Origin: Nitrospirota bacterium | Lineage (GTDB): Bacteria > Nitrospirota > UBA9217 | Reading direction: 5' to 3' | Assembly (NCBI GenBank): GCA_963751455.1 | Contig: CAVVUN010000012.1 | Location: 256,001 to 320,000, forward strand | Length of the DNA stretch: 64,000 nt | Part shown: piece by piece, positions 51,521 through 60,319 of the stretch | Layout of the letters: each line of letters begins with the position of its first letter | Numbering within the stretch: the stretch's first letter is position 1 | Notes under the pieces: generated by a model | Told to the model about the DNA's origin: nothing | Databases searched by the model: none | What the model saw: the letters and a program-made list of their open reading frames with translations, nothing else | Position numbers and translations under genes: made by a program

Positions 51521-53032
51521 TTAAATGCAGTAGGTTCTTAGTTCATCGAGAGCACGACGAGCTTCAATCCGATCATCGAAAGCGAAACGCCGGCCGCTCA
51601 CGAGCTGATAAGTTTCATGTCCCTTGCCGGCAATTAAAACCACCCCTTTTGATCCGGCCCGCATGATTCCCATCCGAATAGCAGCAGCGCGGTCAGTCTC
51701 AACTTCATACTTAAGATTGAGTTGAGACGTTGCTGATAGGTTTGCTTCACTCACTCCGGATAAAATTTCCTCTATTATTGCCCGGGGATCCTCGCACCTT
51801 GGATTATCAGATGTAATAATTACGTGATCGCTAAGATTACATGCGATTGCACCCATCAACGGTCGCTTACTGCGATCGCAGTCGCCTCCGCACCCAAAGA
51901 CGGTCACTAGTTTGCTATTTCCGGATAATGCCCGCAAGGAACCGCATACGTTTTCAAGTGCATCAGGCGTATGGGCATAATCAATAAAAACTCGCGGACC
52001 ATTGACTCCCTGCACCAGTACTCGTTCGAGCCTGCCTGGCACACCATGAAAAGTCGCTATGGCCTCCGCGGACGAATTTAGATCAACACCGAGAGCAAGT
52101 GTTGCGCTGACAGCTGCCATAATATTGTAAACGTTGTAAATGCCGGTCATAGGCGAGACGATGTGAACACTATTAAACCCTTCCGCATCAAGCTGGAACT
52201 TCAACTGCTCTAACGTCATCCCAAGTTTTGACGCCCTTATTGTGGCCCGCCTCTCAATTCCGTACGTCATGAAACGCGAGCTGACCCGCTCAACTAAATG
52301 CCGGCCCCAGAGATCATCTATGTTAATCACCGCCAAAGCTTTAGTCGGAAGCATTTGGAACAACCGTGCCTTTGCCTCGAAATAGGCATCCATGGTGCCG
52401 TGATAATTCAAGTGATCTCGAGTTAAATTTGTAAAAATACCGATTCCGAAGTGAAGGCCATCCACACGATGCTGGCAAAGTGAGTGGGAGGATACTTCAA
52501 TTGCCGCCGTGTTTTGTCCCGTAACACGCATAGCCTCCAGGCATGCATGAATCTCTATGGCTTCGGGAGTAGTGATGCCGCCGTAGAAGGTTTGATTTCC
52601 GACAACCCAATCAACGCTGCCGATCATGCCGCAGCCACGATTGACATGGTTGAGAATATGCCGAATAAGATAACCCGTTGTAGTTTTGCCATTAGTTCCG
52701 GTAATGCCGACAATATCCATCATTAAACTGGGATGGTTATAATAGGCTGAACAGAGGTGTCCAAGTGCTTGACGTGGATTGTTAGCGATAATATGGGGGA
52801 GTTTTGGAGAAAATCGTTTTTTCGCTAAAATTGCGACAGCTCCGTTCCTCACCGCTTGGGATATGGCTGCTAAATAATTTTTATTGTTTTCGTCAGTCGC
52901 AGTGAAAATGAAACCCGGTTCCACGCTACGGGAGTCCAGAGCTATACCGAGAATATCAACATTTGCCGAATTAGTGATGGTAATGTCTGGATAGGACGCG
53001 CTTAGGCGATTAATGAGCGTGTTGAAATTCAT
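51521..53032 (-). CDS. murE: MurE-family amino acid ligase (cluster-borne paralog)
   Basis: GITGTNGKTT, TTPE, EVSSH, FTNLTRDHL, DYAHTPD, GCGGD, SDNPR, IAGKGHE. Confidence 0.88.
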   Translation of the reverse strand: MNFNTLINRLSASYPDITITNSANVDILGIALDSRSVEPGFIFTATDENNKNYLAAISQAVRNGAVAILAKKRFSPKLPHIIANNPRQALGHLCSAYYNHPSLMMDIVGITGTNGKTTTGYLIRHILNHVNRGCGMIGSVDWVVGNQTFYGGITTPEAIEIHACLEAMRVTGQNTAAIEVSSHSLCQHRVDGLHFGIGIFTNLTRDHLNYHGTMDAYFEAKARLFQMLPTKALAVINIDDLWGRHLVERVSSRFMTYGIERRATIRASKLGMTLEQLKFQLDAEGFNSVHIVSPMTGIYNVYNIMAAVSATLALGVDLNSSAEAIATFHGVPGRLERVLVQGVNGPRVFIDYAHTPDALENVCGSLRALSGNSKLVTVFGCGGDCDRSKRPLMGAIACNLSDHVIITSDNPRCEDPRAIIEEILSGVSEANLSATSQLNLKYEVETDRAAAIRMGIMRAGSKGVVLIAGKGHETYQLVSGRRFAFDDRIEARRALDELRTYCI

Positions 53033-53292
53033 GGTATCTGTGTTTTTCTATGCCGCCATTATTGTCGAAAGTTTAATTCAACATTTATCTACCACGCTGC
53101 CCTTCTGTTGACGAGTGCCGCGAAGAGTCTGAGCCAGGCTGAAAGGCTGCCCCTCGCCGGCATTTCTCTCCGCAAAGCTGTAGAATCTTCAACCAACCCA
53201 AAGCACTGGTTGAGGAGCCATAGCTGAGCAAAGTTCTGCCGAGAAAACCATGCTAATGAAGCGAGGGGCCAAAGTTGTTTTTTGCCGATGGA

Positions 53293-53505
53293 CTACCAGT
53301 TCATGATACCGCCACCCCGCACGAAACCTGCACGAGCCAAATCAGCACGAATATTCGCCAGTTTGGCTTTTGCTTCTTGAACTTTCGCCTTAGCTTCATG
53401 GAACTGAGCCAAGGCCTGAAAGTCCTTGGAAACTAAATTTTTGTGCTCCGTTCGGAGGCGGAGCTCCACAATACCACTGGTACTCACTTTCTTCTTTTCT
53501 GCCAT
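53293..53505 (-). CDS. putative RiPP precursor/scaffold peptide 2 (70 aa, ends GIMNW)
   Basis: AAGGAGG RBS; paralog of 53607-53810. Confidence 0.75.
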   Translation of the reverse strand: MAEKKKVSTSGIVELRLRTEHKNLVSKDFQALAQFHEAKAKVQEAKAKLANIRADLARAGFVRGGGIMNW

Positions 53506-53606
53506 CTTCCTGTCCTCCTTTTTTAATTAAGATTCTCCAATAGACACTTCGCACCGTTTGCTGTCCAAATGTTCATTAAGCCATTAATGGCACTGGGCTT
53601 GGTGAT

Positions 53607-53810
53607 TTACCAGTTATCCGATACGTCGCCAAGCACTAAACCCGCACGAGCCAAGTCAGCACGAATATGCGCCAATTTGGCTTTTGCTTCTTGAACTTTC
53701 ACTTTAGCTTCATGGAACTGAGCCAAAGCCTGAAAGTCCTTGGAAACTAATTTTCTGTGCTCCGTACGAAGCTCCTCGATACCGCGAATACCTAATTTCT
53801 TTTCAGCCAT
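53607..53810 (-). CDS. putative RiPP precursor/scaffold peptide 1 (67 aa, ends VSDNW)
   Basis: AAGGAGG RBS; shares RTEH..LVSKDFQALAQFHEAK.KVQEAKAKLA.IRADLARAG with its paralog. Confidence 0.75.
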   Translation of the reverse strand: MAEKKLGIRGIEELRTEHRKLVSKDFQALAQFHEAKVKVQEAKAKLAHIRADLARAGLVLGDVSDNW

Positions 53811-53869
53811 TTTTTTCTCCTCCTTTCTTGAATTAAATTAAACACAAGAGATTTTGATCTCAGCAATCC

Positions 53870-55390
53870 CTATATATGATTACTAAATCGATTTGAATCG
53901 TTCAAAACAAAGTTCTTATGACCAACAGCCGCAGCTGAGGCGCCTGCCATCCTCCCAAAAAAAGCGCCAGATAACAGACCAGTTCCGGCTAAATAGTTAT
54001 GATTGAAAAGGCCTCCCACCATTTCTCCGCAAGCGAAAAGGCCGGAGATAGGTTTCTGATTTGAATCAAGCACCTGAGCCATCTCATTTATTTTTACACC
54101 TCCATAAGTAAAAGTGATACCACCAGTAACGGGATATGCAAAAAAAGGCGGATCCTCAAGCCGGCGCGCCCAATTAGATTTAGGTGGTTGAATACCCGCA
54201 GCCGTCAAACCATCCAATTGGGTCGGGTCGAACTCACCTTGGCGCTGAGCCCCGTTATATTGCTTAAGCACTTCACATGCCCTAGCTTGATTTATTGGCA
54301 ACATCTTAACGAGGGATCCCAAGGAATCAGCGAGGATTGGTTTCCCGGTCTTATAGCGTTTCTCCAGCAGCGGCACGGCATTCGCGTCAAATATCTGGTA
54401 GGCTATGCCATTGGGCTGGCTTAGGATGATTCGACCCATCTTTGCATACGTGAAAAACTGAAAGTCTTCTCCTTCGTCACAAAAGCGCTGGCCGAGGCGA
54501 TTCAGCATCACTCCAAAAGGATAGGAAAGCCGGTTGGACTTATCAGTCAATGAACGGGAGCCGAAAAATGAAGTGCCCGCGTCAATGGGTGTAGAATGAC
54601 AGTGCGTGAAATTACCGTATCGAAGCGCGTTTAAGTCAAAAGCCATGCGCAAACCATCTCCGGTATTATAGGCAGTGCCTCGAACTCTCGCTTGAGCCCA
54701 TTGCCTACCCAAATAGTGCGCACGCCAAGCAGCATTAGACTCAAACCCCCCACAGGCCAGTATAATAGCTTTAGCGGTTAATTGAGAATATCCTTTCGGG
54801 CTCCGGGCAAGAACACCCGTAACCCTCGACCGATTATCCCGGGTTAGCGATACTGCAGCTGTTTGATATAGCACCTCTATTCCTCGTTCAGCAGCAATGT
54901 TGAACCACATTCGTGATAGTCCTACGCCTCCATCGCGTACCTGAACCAAAGCTCCAGGCGACCATCCCACCTTATTTTTGTGGCAAATAGCGCTCAAGGA
55001 TACGGCCAATTCCATAGCTATGCCTTGGTTTACCAACCAGCGGACTGTGTCATAAGAGTGATTGACCAACAGCATGCTCAAATGTAAATCGATTTGACGA
55101 TGAGTAAGGCGCTGTAGATCCTCCCAAAATTGTTGAGCTGTATAAGATGTTATCTCCTCGAAAAAGCCAGGAACTTGACGTTCGGCATCAGGTAACAGTG
55201 GCCGTAGATCGTTTCTCGAATCGAAGGCGAAACGCAATAGCCCTCCGCTGAAGTAAGTATTTCCACCACGAAAATGTTCAGGTGCTTTCTCGAGAACAAT
55301 AACTCGCTTCGCGCCATTTTCGTGGGCGGATACGGCGGCAGCCATAGCGGCGTTCCCAGCGCCAACGATTATTACGTCAAAATCAGACAT
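53870..55390 (-). CDS. FAD-dependent oxidoreductase, TcuA/CobZ-like
   Basis: VGAGNAA, EKAP..RGGN, ACGGFE, NTGDG, GITFTYGGV, CGEMVGG. Confidence 0.85.
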   Translation of the reverse strand: MSDFDVIIVGAGNAAMAAAVSAHENGAKRVIVLEKAPEHFRGGNTYFSGGLLRFAFDSRNDLRPLLPDAERQVPGFFEEITSYTAQQFWEDLQRLTHRQIDLHLSMLLVNHSYDTVRWLVNQGIAMELAVSLSAICHKNKVGWSPGALVQVRDGGVGLSRMWFNIAAERGIEVLYQTAAVSLTRDNRSRVTGVLARSPKGYSQLTAKAIILACGGFESNAAWRAHYLGRQWAQARVRGTAYNTGDGLRMAFDLNALRYGNFTHCHSTPIDAGTSFFGSRSLTDKSNRLSYPFGVMLNRLGQRFCDEGEDFQFFTYAKMGRIILSQPNGIAYQIFDANAVPLLEKRYKTGKPILADSLGSLVKMLPINQARACEVLKQYNGAQRQGEFDPTQLDGLTAAGIQPPKSNWARRLEDPPFFAYPVTGGITFTYGGVKINEMAQVLDSNQKPISGLFACGEMVGGLFNHNYLAGTGLLSGAFFGRMAGASAAAVGHKNFVLNDSNRFSNHI

Positions 55391-55469
55391 AAAACCTCTG
55401 TTAAAAACATCAAAGAACTATGAATAACAGCTAGTTGTCAATCAACTTCAACGGTTGCTAAAAATAAAT

Positions 55470-57164
55470 TTAGTCCCGCATCTTTCTAGGTTGAACGGTT
55501 GTATGGCCAGAAAATAACCATATTTCGCGTTCACGGGGCAGATTGTTGACATCAACATTAGCAGGAGTGTCTATAAATTTTTTTACATTTTCCCCTAAAT
55601 GCAAGGCGATCAATGAAGCCATATCCTCTTTCGACGGAACTGGTATCAGGATTTGTGCACCGAGAAGCTTCATCATGTCCATCGTTTTCGCATTGTTAAA
55701 GGCACAGGTATGTGCATCGTCATAGAGGCAGAGTAATACATCTACCGGCATAAGTGCAGAAATCTCATCGTGAGATAATGAACGTGTCAATCCGCCAATA
55801 TAACAAAACCGGAAGCCATCGAACTCGATGACTGCTATCGGAGATTGATAGACTCCTCCCGAAATCAAACTCTCGTCCCGGTTAATTAGCTGTATTGAGC
55901 AAAAGTCATAATTTATGATGTCGACGGCTCTCTTCCTGTTTACGTTAGAAGCGCCCAAGGGTGTTTGTAACTGATGTTTTTTCGACCAAATACCATCTCT
56001 GTCAAGCACTACCACATCTTCTTGCTGTTCAATTAGTCGAGAGCTTTTTCTGCGGGGGTCCAGAATGACCAGGCCTGGCTTCGATGCCGATTGAAGTTCA
56101 ATAAACCCATCACGACATCTAATACTGTACTTGCCGGCTGATCCTGAAACATAAGGCTTACGCGCCGATGAAACTGATAGCGGGCAGTACAAATCCGCCT
56201 CATCAGATCGTAGCCCCCAACCGACTGCACATGCTCTACAGCCTCCGAGACAATTAGAAAGGTGACCGCAGCTAGAGCAGGTATCAGGCACATTGAGAGT
56301 ACGCAATGCATTCATCCGCGCGCCATAAAACACTTCAGTAAGTCGATGAGTGACGAGATTGCCTAATGGCAATTTAATATAACCGCAAGGGACAAGGTTC
56401 CCCAGGGCATCAACGTGCAAATGCTTACTGAAGCAGCCTGGCTGAGTCGAAGGTGTCGTCCCCTGCAAAAACTCAAAACAGGATGAGCCAAAAGTGATCT
56501 GTCTGTATTTTGACATCGCAATGGCGCTCTTCACGACCTCGGCAACCTGCTCCGCCGAGGGACAAAGCTCATGACTTGCACGGCCCGACGGCACTACGGG
56601 GCGGATTTTAAATATCGCAGCGCCTGCATTGTGGGCGGAATCAGCGACCTGCTTCATTTCTGCGATATTGACTCGTGTAAGCGTCATGCGTACGAGGACC
56701 TGGAATCCCATACTTGAAGCCGTCTCAATATTGGCCAGCGTACGTGCAAATGCTCCCGGTGTGTTCCGATGCCAATCATGAGTAGGTCCAAATCCGTCTA
56801 GGCTCACGTGCATCGTAAAAATGCCTGCATCGAGCATACGGTCCAATTCTTCAGAATTCAAATTATAGGCGTTCGTGAAAAGTATTGATGCGATGCCGGC
56901 GTCAATCAGATGCCTTCCAATAGCGCATACAAGATTTAATTCTAAGGTAGGTTCTCCGCCGGTGATGGCCACTTCTTTCGTATCGAGCTGATGAAGATCC
57001 TCAATAAGCTTTGACCTAAAGCGGGAGAAGTTAAAAACAGCACCTTTTTTCGGCGCCGGGCGCGCACAATGCCGGCATTTCATGTTGCACTGGTCGTTTA
57101 TGCGAATGCGGAGACTCTGGAGTCGCGCATATGGAACGGTCGGAAGCATGTTAGGTTTCAACAC
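55470..57164 (-). CDS. radical SAM/SPASM enzyme fused to a degenerate MBL-fold C-terminal domain
   Basis: CNMKCRHC, TGGEP, SLDG; SPASM CSSC..C.GGCRA..C; C-terminal IEFDGFRFCYIGGL..VDVLL..ILIP. Confidence 0.85.
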   Translation of the reverse strand: MLKPNMLPTVPYARLQSLRIRINDQCNMKCRHCARPAPKKGAVFNFSRFRSKLIEDLHQLDTKEVAITGGEPTLELNLVCAIGRHLIDAGIASILFTNAYNLNSEELDRMLDAGIFTMHVSLDGFGPTHDWHRNTPGAFARTLANIETASSMGFQVLVRMTLTRVNIAEMKQVADSAHNAGAAIFKIRPVVPSGRASHELCPSAEQVAEVVKSAIAMSKYRQITFGSSCFEFLQGTTPSTQPGCFSKHLHVDALGNLVPCGYIKLPLGNLVTHRLTEVFYGARMNALRTLNVPDTCSSCGHLSNCLGGCRACAVGWGLRSDEADLYCPLSVSSARKPYVSGSAGKYSIRCRDGFIELQSASKPGLVILDPRRKSSRLIEQQEDVVVLDRDGIWSKKHQLQTPLGASNVNRKRAVDIINYDFCSIQLINRDESLISGGVYQSPIAVIEFDGFRFCYIGGLTRSLSHDEISALMPVDVLLCLYDDAHTCAFNNAKTMDMMKLLGAQILIPVPSKEDMASLIALHLGENVKKFIDTPANVDVNNLPREREIWLFSGHTTVQPRKMRD

Positions 57165-57292
57165 TGATTGCTCCTTTTGATCTTGTCATCACTAGTTGCA
57201 ATATCTCCGCGGCTGGTCACTGTGTATTCGCGCAAAAATTTTAAGCTTTTAATTGGTCTCGCCTAAGATTCTGCAATTCGCCCGCGTCATAA

Positions 57293-58318
57293 TCAAAATT
57301 CCAGAGAGTTTGGCTTAATATTCTGACAAGATGGTACGCTTACCGTGAGGTCATTGAAAAAATTGAAACCCAGCGCCCTGCATGCCGAACAAAAATATTG
57401 ATCGTCACAATTTCCACATTTTCCTTGATATTTTCCAGGCGTTTGTTTTCGTAGAAGTGCCAAAAGTTCAGATGACCAAATTTTTTTCAAATCGTCATTA
57501 ACAAGATTTCCCAAGGCGGATGCCAAAACAGGTTTAAAATGCTCGCAAGGTCGAACTGTGCCATCAGGGGATATTGATAATTTGAACCTACCCGCAGAAC
57601 AAAGCTTCAGATGATCATTTTCCGGACTGCGACTGCAACTGCTGTATCGTAATGGTAACTTGCTAACTGTTGTCTTCGCGCGTTGCCACAAAGCGAATGC
57701 CGCCGACTCATCTTGTGCAAATATATGCTGTCCAAATTTAAACGGTACATAATATTGCATGATAACTCCGCGCAGTCGGTCTGGCAAAGCAGATATAAAC
57801 TCGGCTGGTTCAGGGCATCCTGCTAAAAGTGACCAGACAACCATCACATTAAGACCAGCATCCATTGCATGTATCATAGCCGAGCAAGTCTCATCGAAGC
57901 TGCCTGCCCGCGTTTGCTTGTCGTGGTAAACGCGGTTGCCAAATAATTCAAATATAATATTTCCAACGCCGGTTTTTCCCAATTTAAACCAAAAATCCGC
58001 TTCAGGCATTGGGCCACCTGTAATAAGGTCGCAATCGAGGTCATCTTTAGTTGACTCCTCCAGTATCTCTGGGAGCCACGGGAAAGCATTACAGCCCGGT
58101 GCGATAAATAACACATGCCGAATATTGTGCTCCGACAGAACCAGTAAAACCTTTCGTATGATTCTTTGCTGTTCTTTTGGCTCATAACCTTGGAAAAAGT
58201 AGGGGCAATGTTTGCATTCAAACGCACATTTCCAAGCGAGCTGGATATGGGCCTCAATTGCAACGCTCGGTAGTATGGATAAAAAATCTTTAATCCTCTG
58301 ATCGACTTGTTGATTCAT
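57293..58318 (-). CDS. radical SAM/SPASM protein (divergent)
   Basis: CAFECKHC; CSAG..PDG.V.PC; CGNC..CSACRA; ATGA overlap with the upstream gene. Confidence 0.85.
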   Translation of the reverse strand: MNQQVDQRIKDFLSILPSVAIEAHIQLAWKCAFECKHCPYFFQGYEPKEQQRIIRKVLLVLSEHNIRHVLFIAPGCNAFPWLPEILEESTKDDLDCDLITGGPMPEADFWFKLGKTGVGNIIFELFGNRVYHDKQTRAGSFDETCSAMIHAMDAGLNVMVVWSLLAGCPEPAEFISALPDRLRGVIMQYYVPFKFGQHIFAQDESAAFALWQRAKTTVSKLPLRYSSCSRSPENDHLKLCSAGRFKLSISPDGTVRPCEHFKPVLASALGNLVNDDLKKIWSSELLALLRKQTPGKYQGKCGNCDDQYFCSACRALGFNFFNDLTVSVPSCQNIKPNSLEF

Positions 58319-59304
58319 TTTATCAACCAGCAATAAGGGTCGGGCGCGTATAAATCTCCTGAACTAATGTAAGCCATGGCACGACATCCGCCACCGCATT
58401 GCATAAAGCTGCTGCAATTGCAGCAACGTGGATCGATTCCATCTCTAGCCCTCAGAGCATCCATAACTGGATGCCGCGACAAGATATCATCTATATGGTT
58501 AGATGCCAGTGTACCCAGCGTCAAGGGGAAAACCGGGCATGGATAAGCATGTCCTTGAGCTGTATAATGCAACATATAACCTGCTCCGCACTGAGCTCGT
58601 TCGTCGATGGATCTTTCTGCGAAAAGAGCTGCACAGTGTGGCAGCTCCAAGTGAATACCTATATGAAAAGTAGAAATCTTTTTGATATCTAAAATAAAAC
58701 GCTTTAATGATTCTCCGGACAAAATAGGACCAGACAGGCCGGCTTGTCTGCCCAGAGGCATAAGTGGGAATAGGATTAAGGTGTTGACACCCAGTTCATC
58801 TAGCATGTGAATCATTTGCTGGATATCACTTTGATTATGGCGAGAAACGGCTGTTTGAACAGCCACTCTGACGCCTTTTCTAACAAGGCGCTCGATCGCA
58901 GACCAGGCTTTAATGAACGTGCCCGGGCCTCTCACAGCCTCATGAGCCTTGGATAGCCCGTCCAACGAGACCTTAATACCATAAATATTCATAGAAATGA
59001 GTTGCTCGATTCGTTCATCTGAAAGGAGAATTCCATTGGTTGTTAAACCCCAGAACATTTGCTTACGAGTTGCATAAGTGCCGAACGACTTGACTATATT
59101 CCACTCAAGTAGCGGCTCTCCACCGGTCAAGTCGAGAATAGGTGTGCGTTCACCCATCTGGTTAAAAAGTTCTGCTACCATCAATTCTGACCAAGAGGAA
59201 GTCGAACTCGCAGAGCTGTCGACGGCGCAATGGGTACACGAAAGATTGCATCGTGCAGTTATTTGAACGCTAATGGAAGTAAGGGGCGCTGATTCGAATG
59301 CCAT
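58315..59304 (-). CDS. radical SAM/SPASM enzyme
   Basis: AGGAG RBS before MAFESA; CNLSCTHC, TGGEP, TTNG, SLDG; CGAG..PC; CCNC..CGGGCRA..DPYC. Confidence 0.9.
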   Translation of the reverse strand: MAFESAPLTSISVQITARCNLSCTHCAVDSSASSTSSWSELMVAELFNQMGERTPILDLTGGEPLLEWNIVKSFGTYATRKQMFWGLTTNGILLSDERIEQLISMNIYGIKVSLDGLSKAHEAVRGPGTFIKAWSAIERLVRKGVRVAVQTAVSRHNQSDIQQMIHMLDELGVNTLILFPLMPLGRQAGLSGPILSGESLKRFILDIKKISTFHIGIHLELPHCAALFAERSIDERAQCGAGYMLHYTAQGHAYPCPVFPLTLGTLASNHIDDILSRHPVMDALRARDGIDPRCCNCSSFMQCGGGCRAMAYISSGDLYAPDPYCWLIK

Positions 59305-59389
59305 TGTCGGAGAACTCCTGTAATGCTGCGATGAATTTGGGGGATAACCAACTATTGGGTATCCCCCATGTGGTAATGCAGCTAGCGTT

Positions 59390-59464
59390 TTAGAGACAAT
59401 GGGCAATGTTGACCATACAACCCGCAAATCGAACTTTTTTCAACTTAAGCTTAAATTTGCGCAT
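59390..59464 (-). CDS. putative 24-aa RiPP precursor MRKFKLKLKKVRFAGCMVNIAHCL (not in ORF track)
   Basis: AAAGGAGG RBS just upstream of ATG 59464; TAA at 59390-59392; followed by hairpin 59339-59367; flanked by rSAM genes. Confidence 0.7.
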   Translation of the reverse strand: MRKFKLKLKKVRFAGCMVNIAHCL

Positions 59465-59494
59465 ATAGCACCTCCTTTCTCCGTTTGAGTTCTC

Positions 59495-60319
59495 CTAAAG
59501 AGGCCCTGGGCATAATTTATCCCTGCCTGTGCGTCTTCTGCGGGCTCGGCATCCCCCGCCACAATCCTTAATAGCACACTTTAAACATTCATCGGGAACC
59601 CGAGACCAGGTGAGAAGCCTCTCATCATTCCAAATTTCGCTCAAGCTTTTGTTGTCTAAGGAGCCCAGGCAAAGGCGTGAGCGTCGACATGGACGAACTT
59701 CAGCCTGCTCCGAAACAAACAGGGCAAATCGACCAGCTGGGCATTTACTTCCGACATTTACAAAATCAGGGAAAAAACGCTGCATTAATACCAGATCTGA
59801 TATGACAGGTATCGAGCAATTGTCGGAAAATTCAGATACTGCATAAAGAAATTGTCGGTAAGTATCAACCGAAGCGTGTGGAAGCTCCTCGATGTTCACG
59901 GCTGCCACAGATCTTGCTGACAGCCATTCGATCCAAACCTCTTGATTCGCCTTAGGAGGCAAGTAACCAACAATGACAATACTAAAGCCAAAATCCAGGA
60001 GCATGGCGATTTTTTCCTTGAGACTTTTATCGGGCGAAAGACTTGTATCAACGCTGACTCGCAATGTACATGGAGCAAGCCGGCGCCAGGATGGACGAGG
60101 TTGCAAATCCTCGTATGCGAGGGTCAACACAAGTTCATAACCATGTATTACACTTAAATCCAAAGCCGTTTCAATTGGACCCTTGCATACCATGTTAATA
60201 ATGGAAATTCCTCCAGCAAGTATCATTGACAAGCGTTCGGTCCACAGCGTGTGGTCGGGCTGCAAAGGCAAATCTACCTCGGCAATCATAGGCGCTATCA
60301 GGCGTTCGCTTTCGGACAT
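59495..60319 (-). CDS. SPASM-domain protein lacking the radical SAM CxxxCxxC motif
   Basis: CPAG..VRPC..LGS..SLSEIW..CLKC..CGGGCRA..C present; no N-terminal Cys triad. Confidence 0.78.
   Translation of the reverse strand: MSESERLIAPMIAEVDLPLQPDHTLWTERLSMILAGGISIINMVCKGPIETALDLSVIHGYELVLTLAYEDLQPRPSWRRLAPCTLRVSVDTSLSPDKSLKEKIAMLLDFGFSIVIVGYLPPKANQEVWIEWLSARSVAAVNIEELPHASVDTYRQFLYAVSEFSDNCSIPVISDLVLMQRFFPDFVNVGSKCPAGRFALFVSEQAEVRPCRRSRLCLGSLDNKSLSEIWNDERLLTWSRVPDECLKCAIKDCGGGCRARRRRTGRDKLCPGPL

Noticed and set aside
57249-57290. 13-codon minus-strand ORF between rSAM genes as another precursor
   Set aside because: No convincing RBS and too short to support.
59305-59427. 41-aa N-terminal extension of the rSAM ORF
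   Set aside because: A better RBS and ATG lie at 59304; the extension overlaps the small peptide ORF and its hairpin.
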